Assembly: GCA_964016885.1 (NCBI GenBank)
Contig: OZ024741.1
Location: 73,842,001-73,906,000, forward strand
Source of the DNA: Eledone cirrhosa
Taxonomy: Eukaryota
Direction: 5' to 3'
DNA length: 64,000 nucleotides
Below, one piece after another: positions 57,014 through 64,000 of this stretch (position 1 is the first letter of the stretch; each line of letters starts with the position of its first letter). Made by a program: the position numbers and the translations under genes. The notes beneath the pieces were generated by a model. The model saw only the letters and a program-made list of their open reading frames with translations. It had not been told where the DNA came from and did no database searches.

Positions 57014-60000
57014 ATGGCTGAACACAACATCAACAAAATAATTAAGGAAGTATCAAAGACAAACAACAAGGAAGGTAATCAAACTTTATTCAGTTGTAGC
57101 GACAGAAGAAACCGAAATTATAAATCGCATTTCTCTTGGAGTTGCGAACTTAATAATGATTTATTTAATTGTTATAAAATGGCAAAAAAGAACAATCCTT
57201 CCGTTGGCTATATGAATAGAATGAAGCTACACTGGGACGAAATGCACCCAGAGCTAAATTATTTCACAGCGAAACAATTACGCCACAAGCGACATTTGTT
57301 GAACGTAAAAATAAATATTATTAATTGTAAGTCCAGTTCAAATCCCGCCGAGGTTTACTTTGCCTTTCATCCTTACGGGGTCGATAAAATAAAGTACCAG
57401 TAATACACTGGATAATTTGCTGGCCTTGTGCCTAAAGTAGAAACAATTATTAATTGTAAGTCCCCCACAACAAACATGTTATCAACAACACGTGCTACAG
57501 GTCGCCATGCTACTAGACTTCCTAGCAGCCAGGTCGAACAGCGCCTTGAATCAACTATGCCTGTAAGAAACTTGACACCACCTGTACCATCTAAGTCTAC
57601 CTCGAATGGTGGGGAAAACACTATCGATAATAATAATAATCGAAGAAATTTGACACCACGTGTACCATCCGAGTCTACCTCGACTATTGTGGAAAATACT
57701 ATCGATAATGATAATCAAAAGTATAAACAATTGAAAATTTCCCCCAATGAAATCTTCCAGAGAGAAATTAACTCATGTATAAATATCTCTCTTGCTGAAC
57801 GTGTTAAAATGACAATGTTGAATAAAAAACCCAATAATAAAATACTACGTGTTATTGACGAAATAGGGGATGAATATTTACGACGGATAAAAACCCCAAC
57901 ATTTTGGCAAATCAACGCCTGTTTATATGCCTTAGCAATGACAGTGAAGCATTATCTTGGTGATAGCAGAGATATTAACAAGAACAAAACACCACCAAAA
58001 ATACCATCATATATAACTAAAATAGAAAAAAAGAGTGCTGACCTACGAAAAAACATAGGACATATGACAATGCTCCTTACATGCAAACAAACACAAAAAA
58101 CCTCACTCCTCACCAACAAAGAGTGAAAAATAAAATAAAGACGATGTTTGGTAACAGTAGAACCAGAACTCTCCAATATAAGCTGATCACCCTCAAACAA
58201 GATTTGAGAGCTGTTAGCGAAAAACGCCGATACCTGAAGAAGGTAGATGAGAGAAAAGTGCTTAATAAAAGATTCAGACGAAACCAAACATCAGTCTATA
58301 CAGATATGAAGAGCAAAATAATAAGTGTCACTGAGGCCCCATCCCAGAAAGACATAGACTCCTTTTGGAGCAAAATATGGGGTGAAAAGAAGAATTTCAA
58401 CCAAGATGCAGTGTGGCTAAGAGAAATCCGAAAGAACTATTGCTCCTACACTACAACAAAAACATACGAAATAAGTGAAGGTACCCTTGATACTGTGATA
58501 GGAAAACTCCAAGATAAGAAAACACCAGGAAGAGACATGATTGTCGGCTACTGGTACAAAAAACTGATAATCTATCGGAGGTATATTACTGACCTCTACC
58601 AACAAGTTCTTAAGGGAGACACACTTATACCAGAATGGTTGACATTAGCACAAACATTACTGGTCCCCAAGAACAAAGACACCCACTTGGCAAAAAACTA
58701 CCGACCCATTGGATGCCAGAACCTGATGTATAAGATGTATACAGCCTGCCTCAACCTATTCCTCCAAGATCACTGTGAAAATAATAACATCATCACAGAT
58801 GAACAAGCAGCTGGAAAGAAAGGATTTTGGGGATGTGCTGAACAACTCCTAATTAACAAAACTGCGATGTCGGAGGTGCGACAACTTAGGAGGAATATGG
58901 CTACAGTCTGGCTAGACTACAGGAAAGCTTTCGATTCTATTCTCCACTCTTGGATGATAGAGGCCCTCCAACTTGCTAAAGTCCCAGACATTATTGTCAG
59001 AGCCATAGAGAGGCTGTCTTCTTCTTGGGCTACTATCCTAAGGTTAAAGACAGAGAGGGAGGACTCTATTTTCACAGATAAACTAAAATATTGCAGGGGT
59101 ATATTTCAGTGGGACAGTCTCTCTGTGATATTGTTCATCTTGTCATTAAAGCCCTTGTCCTTTCTGCTCAAGAAATATGAGGGATACATCATTGGCTCAC
59201 AGGAGGACAGAAATACGTACCTAACCCATAATTTCTTTGTGGACGATCTGAAACTCTATGCCAAGAACATGGATGGAATGAAGAAAAATCTTGACCTGGT
59301 TACAACGTTCTCAAAGGATATAGGAATGGAGTTTGGCCAAGATAAATGCTCATACATGACTGTAAAGCGGGGAAAAACAACAACCAAATCTTGCAACATT
59401 GTCATCAATGGCCTAACTGTTTCACCGATATCTGATGAGGACTGCTACAGATACCTGGGGATAGATGAGAACATATCCTATAATGGTATCTTTAATAAAG
59501 AACGCGTAACCAGGGAATACTACACCCGATTAAGAAAGATCTGGTCATCGGAACTCTCTGCGCAAAACAAAACAGTGGCTCACAATGTGTTTGCTGTGCC
59601 TGTCCTAACACCAACGTTTGGAATACTCAATTGGACGATAGACGAAATCCGAGCAGTTGATGTTGGAACTCGAAAAATACTGAACAACACCGGAAACTTC
59701 CACATCAACAGTGACATAGACCGCCTTTACTTGAAACGTAAGCAGGGAGGCAGAGGCCTAACATCAGTCCAGACAACATTTGAAAGTCGCATCATATCTC
59801 TCCGACAATATCTGCGAACCTCGAAGCGTAGGAGCCTGTTTCTCGAGCAAGTCTATCTGCATGAAACAGATAAGATCATGAGAGTTGGGAAGGAACTCCT
59901 TGAGAGATATTCCCTGTGTGATAATCAAAAACTCACACCCAGGGATGTCACTCAGCAGTATCGCAGTGAATCCATGGATGAAAAACTGCATGCCTATCAG

Positions 60001-60804
60001 CAAAAAATCATGCATGGATATGTTGCCAGGAAGCTCCAGAGTGAGAGTAATATAGATAAGGAAAGTAGTCTATCTTGGACCAACAACCGCTATATTGGCT
60101 CCCACTTTGAAGGATACGCTTTTGCAATCCAGGAACAGGAGATTAGCACGAAATACCTGATTCACAAAAGAGATAGGGATGCAGGCAAAACACCTAGATG
60201 TGATAACAAGTGCAGACTCTGCAGAACTAACATCGAGGATATCACCCATGTCATCAGCAGCTGCCCAAAGATGTCATCGCGGTACTATCTACCTATGAGG
60301 CATGATGTAGTGGCCAAAACACTGTACAATGCAGTTCGTAAAAAAGATAGCCCCGATAATAAACACATTAAAAGCTACAGCAATGTGGAAGACATCCATG
60401 TACATAATATGAAAGAGTACTGGTGGAATGTTCCAGTAAAAACCCCAATAAAATGCAGGTATAACAGACCAGATATTATGATATGGGACAGGGAGAAGAA
60501 AGCATGCACAGTAGTGGAAATTAGCTGCCCAGCAGATGCCAATATAATATCAAAGATTAGTGAAAAGAAGAACATTTATGCAGAACTGAAATGAAATCTG
60601 CAGATACTCCACCCTGATTACACCTTCAGATTTATGCCTGTGATTATTGGGGCACTGGGATATGTTAGTAACTGCCACAATACAAATCTTGAGAAGCTAG
60701 GCTTCACAGGAATAGAAAGAACACAACAAGTTAGGAAATTACAAGTACAATCCATTAATGGAACAGTAAAAATATGTAAAACATTCCAAAAAGTTTGCAT
60801 CTAA
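57014..60804 (+). pseudogene. R4/Dong-type RT-RLE ORF, disrupted
   Basis: 837-aa segment 58081-60594 with all RT and RLE motifs; SINE insertion, frameshifts near 57290, 58095 and 60590; QGD changed to QWD. Confidence 0.9.
57335..57445 (+). mobile_element. 5'-truncated SINE S1 inserted in LINE A copy 2
   Basis: 18-bp TSD ATTATTAATTGTAAGTCC (57317-57334, 57446-57463); site is empty in copy 1 near 42535-42552. Confidence 0.92.
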
Positions 60805-61042
60805 TAACTGCATATACACATATACAGATGCAAAGCATATACACATGCACACATACAACTCAAAACATCCACATCCACACATACAATTACATCCATATCT
60901 ACACATGCATGCATACATACATACCTACCTAGTTGATGTTGTGTAAATTCCAATGAGAGAGTCTTGTGTCTATGTTAGAAACCGACTCTCTCTCTATTGG
61001 TAAAACTTTGTGAAATTATAAAACCAGAAGAACATACATACA

Positions 61043-61494
61043 TGGTGGCTGCCAACTCGTTTTCGAATACGGCCACTACTTTATATCCATGTAGGAGAAC
61101 CCCTACCGATGCGCTGAACGAGTGTGACTTTTTAGTCCAGCCAGCGACTTGAAAACTCTGGTACAAACACTACACTTGTGACAATTATTGACACATAGTG
61201 CTGGGCCCATGGTACCATGTGACGACAAGTGCAGAGAGATCTCCAGATATAAAGCAATGCCTGTGCCGTGAAGTTTTTATAGTGAGCAAAGGCACTGCAC
61301 AAAGCCAGTCCCACTCTCTTAACCAAGATGATATTTACCAAAAAGAAGAACAAGTCAACATCATTGGATACCATCAGGGTTGCAGGTGTTATATCAGAGT
61401 TTTCCTTCTCCTAGAATTCTGCCTTGACAAAGGCTAAGGGGTCATCTCTCCCGGTGATTTTGGATGGCCAGTGACTCTTAAGAGCTCCTTTGCC
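61043..61494 (-). mobile_element. Bipartite RTE-derived short element D (5'UTR part + 3' end)
   Basis: CTAGGAGAAGGAAAACTCTGAT motif of RTE 5' UTRs (61393-61414) joined to HKCSVCTRVFKSLAGLKSHTRSAHR* and a (TGTA)n tail. Confidence 0.75.
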
Positions 61495-61536
61495 CATACA
61501 TACATACATACATACATACATACATACATACATACA

Positions 61537-61812
61537 TGATGGCTGACCCTCGTTATCAAGTATGGACATTGCATGATATAACATTATTAATAATTATCAA
61601 TTAAGCTATCGTGCAATGCCTGTGTGTAGTGAGGAAAGACTGAGCTCCTTTGCCCTTTGACAGGTTTTGTTTTTAGTCCTGCAGGATGTCCAAAGTCACC
61701 CTCCTCACCAAGAAACCTTGGTGGGGTTGCCAGTTTAGTCGCCAACGACCCGACCACGGGACAGGTTGTACTGGGATACATGTTACCAGTAGCACCAACT
61801 GGTGACCTGACC
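61537..61812 (-). mobile_element. RTE-derived short element E
   Basis: Shares ggcaaaggagctc with D and its 3' part with 44046-44261; (TGTA)n on both sides. Confidence 0.7.
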
Positions 61813-61860
61813 ATACATACATACATACATACATACATACATACATACATACATACATAC

Positions 61861-62276
61861 AATGGCTGCATCTCGGTTTCGAGAATTGCCATCCCTTGAC
61901 CTTTTTCTCATACAAGGGTGGCATGAAAGTGACCTTTTAGCCCTGTCAAGTTCTTAGATTCCTTTCAGCATATACTGCAGCGAAAAAAATAAATAAATAA
62001 AAGATCATGCTCACGCAACACACATAAAAGTTGTTTAAATTAAGTGATACTTGTGCTTGAAGCTCTTTTAAGTGAAGAGAGGCCTTGCACTGGCCCAATC
62101 CCACTCTCTGATCAACGATGACAGCTATCCAAAAAGAACAGATCAACAACATTGGTTACCATCGAGTCGCAGGTTTTACATCAAAGTGTTCTGTCTTGAA
62201 TGAACTGAGGTCTCTCCCTCTCAGTGGGCTAACCGCGCGCTCGGGCACCAAACCGAGTTTTTCCATGTTCCCGCGC
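61861..62276 (-). mobile_element. Bipartite RTE-derived short element F
   Basis: Block homologous to D 61280-61390 plus degenerate finger CSIC*KESKNLTGLKGH; (TGTA)n on both sides. Confidence 0.7.
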
Positions 62277-62341
62277 ATACATACATACATACATACATAC
62301 ATACATACATACATACATACATACATACATACATACATACA

Positions 62342-63900
62342 TGATCATATGAAATTTTTGCGCACAATAAAACAATGCCTCGCAATGTGTTTACTGTGCC
62401 TGCCCTAACACCAACATTCGGACAACTCGATTGGACGATAGATGAAATTCGTGCTATTGATGTTAAAATCTGAAAAGTCCTAAACAACACCGGAAATTTG
62501 ACATCAACAGTGACATAGACCGCCTCTGCCTGAAACGTAAGCAGGGAGGCAGAGGCTTAACGTCAGTCAAAACAGCATTTGAATGTCGCATCATATCCCT
62601 CCGACAACATCTACGAACCTCAAAGCGTAGAAGCCCGTCTCTCGGGAAAGTCTATCTGCATGAGACATATAAGATCATGAGAGTTGGGAAGGAACTCCTT
62701 GAAAATATGCCCTGCGTGATAATCAAAAACTCACATCCAGAGAACTTGCTCGGTAGTACCGTAGTGAATCCGTGGATGAAAAACTGCATGCTTATCAGCA
62801 AAATATCATGCAGGGATATGTTGCCAGGAAGCACCAGGGTGAGAGTAATATAGATAAACAAAGTAGACTATCTTGGACCAACAACCACTATATTCCTCCG
62901 ACAGCATCTACGAACCAGCAAGCGTAGAAGATCATCTAGTGAACAAGTCTGTCTACATGAGACAAATAATATCATAAGAGATGAGAAGGAGCTCCTCGAA
63001 AAATTTTCCCTGCATGATAACCAAAAATTCACACATTGCAATGAATCCATGGAGGAAAAGTTGCATGCTTATCAGCAAAAACACATGCTTGGCTATGTTG
63101 CCAGAAAATATCAAAGTGAGATTAATATAGCAAAGCAGTCTATTTTGGTCCAACAACCAATATATTAGCTCTCAATTTGAAGGACACAATTTTGCAATCC
63201 AAGAACAAAAAATAACAACGAAGTACCTGATGCATGAAAGAGATAGGGATGCAGGCAAAACACTTAAATGTGGTAACAGATGCAGACTCTGCAGAATAAA
63301 CATTGAGGATGTCACCCACATCATAAGCAGCTGTCCAAAAATGTCATCACGATACTGTGTAGCTATGAGGCATAATGTAGTTACCAAAACACTATACAAT
63401 ACAATCCATAGAAAGGATAGCCCTGAGAATAAACACATAAAAAGTTACAGTGAGACAGAGGACATATGCATACATAATATGAAAAAGTACTGATGGAATG
63501 TTTCAGTCAAAACCTCAATAAAACGCAAACATAACAGAACAGACATGATGATATGGGTCAGAGAAAAGAAGGTATGCACAGTAGGGGAAATCAGCTGCCC
63601 AGCAGATGTCAATGTAATGCTAAAGATCAGTAAAAAGAACATTTATGCTGAACTAATGAGGAGCCTGCAGATGCTCCACTCTAACTATACCTTTAGATAT
63701 GTACCTGTGCTCATTGAGGCTCTGGGATATGTTACTAACTGCATCGGTACAAATCTTGAGAAGCTGAGCTTCACAGAAGCAGAAAAGGCACGACTACTTA
63801 GGAAGTTGCAAGTACAGTCCATTAATGGATCTGTAAAAATATGTAAAACATTTCAGAAATTCAGCATGTAATAACTGTCAATGCTTAATCAATGCCACAT
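62342..63900 (+). mobile_element. Degenerate 5'-truncated R4/Dong family-A relative with internal duplication
   Basis: Starts after (CATA)n; AVPALTPTFG, CRLCRINIEDVTHIISSC, EISCPAD, ICKTFQKFSM* (63871); segment about 62595-62893 is repeated in diverged form from 62893. Confidence 0.85.
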
Positions 63901-64000
63901 CTTGTTTACGTACATATCCGCTTTTTACAAAGTGCATTGTGTGCGTTTATCGTGGTACCAGCACTAGGAAAGGCGTTATGTATTTGACATAACTGAACAG

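Larger units (their letters stand above)
56806..61032 (+). mobile_element. R4/Dong family A copy 2, flanked by (CATA)n
   Basis: Colinear with 38953-43064 in inverted orientation. Confidence 0.92.

Noticed and set aside
56070-62342. CRISPR-like alternation of repeats and unique spacers
   Set aside because: The repeats are variable-length (CATA)n and the spacers are retroelement fragments in eukaryotic DNA; no cas genes

Overview
AT-rich animal genomic DNA made almost entirely of repeats. The SINE families and microsatellite load suggest a cephalopod such as Octopus (inference). No host protein-coding gene can be supported, and most ORFs in the track are microsatellite translations. Real content: (1) Penelope-like retroelements (PLEs; RT + GIY-YIG) of at least three types, one nearly full length (3381-7969, minus), plus many pseudo-LTR (pLTR) fragments and fold-back palindromes that nearly all sit in (TA)n tracts. 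(2) About 20 hammerhead-ribozyme (HHR) motifs on those PLE ends, including recurrent non-canonical cores (U3:A8, U4C, long stems II/III). (3) Two near-complete but disabled copies of an R4/Dong-clade non-LTR retrotransposon with a restriction-like endonuclease, plus relatives. (4) RTE-derived short elements stacked with the R4/Dong copies in (CATA)n/(TGTA)n arrays, the two clades always on opposite strands. (5) tRNA-derived SINEs, hAT MITEs with 8-bp TSDs, a probable Helitron/Helentron-type element and a degenerate RTE LINE. The most notable observations are the shared tetranucleotide landing pad and the set of variant hammerheads. All coordinates and base pairings were read by eye; no searches or folding programs were run.
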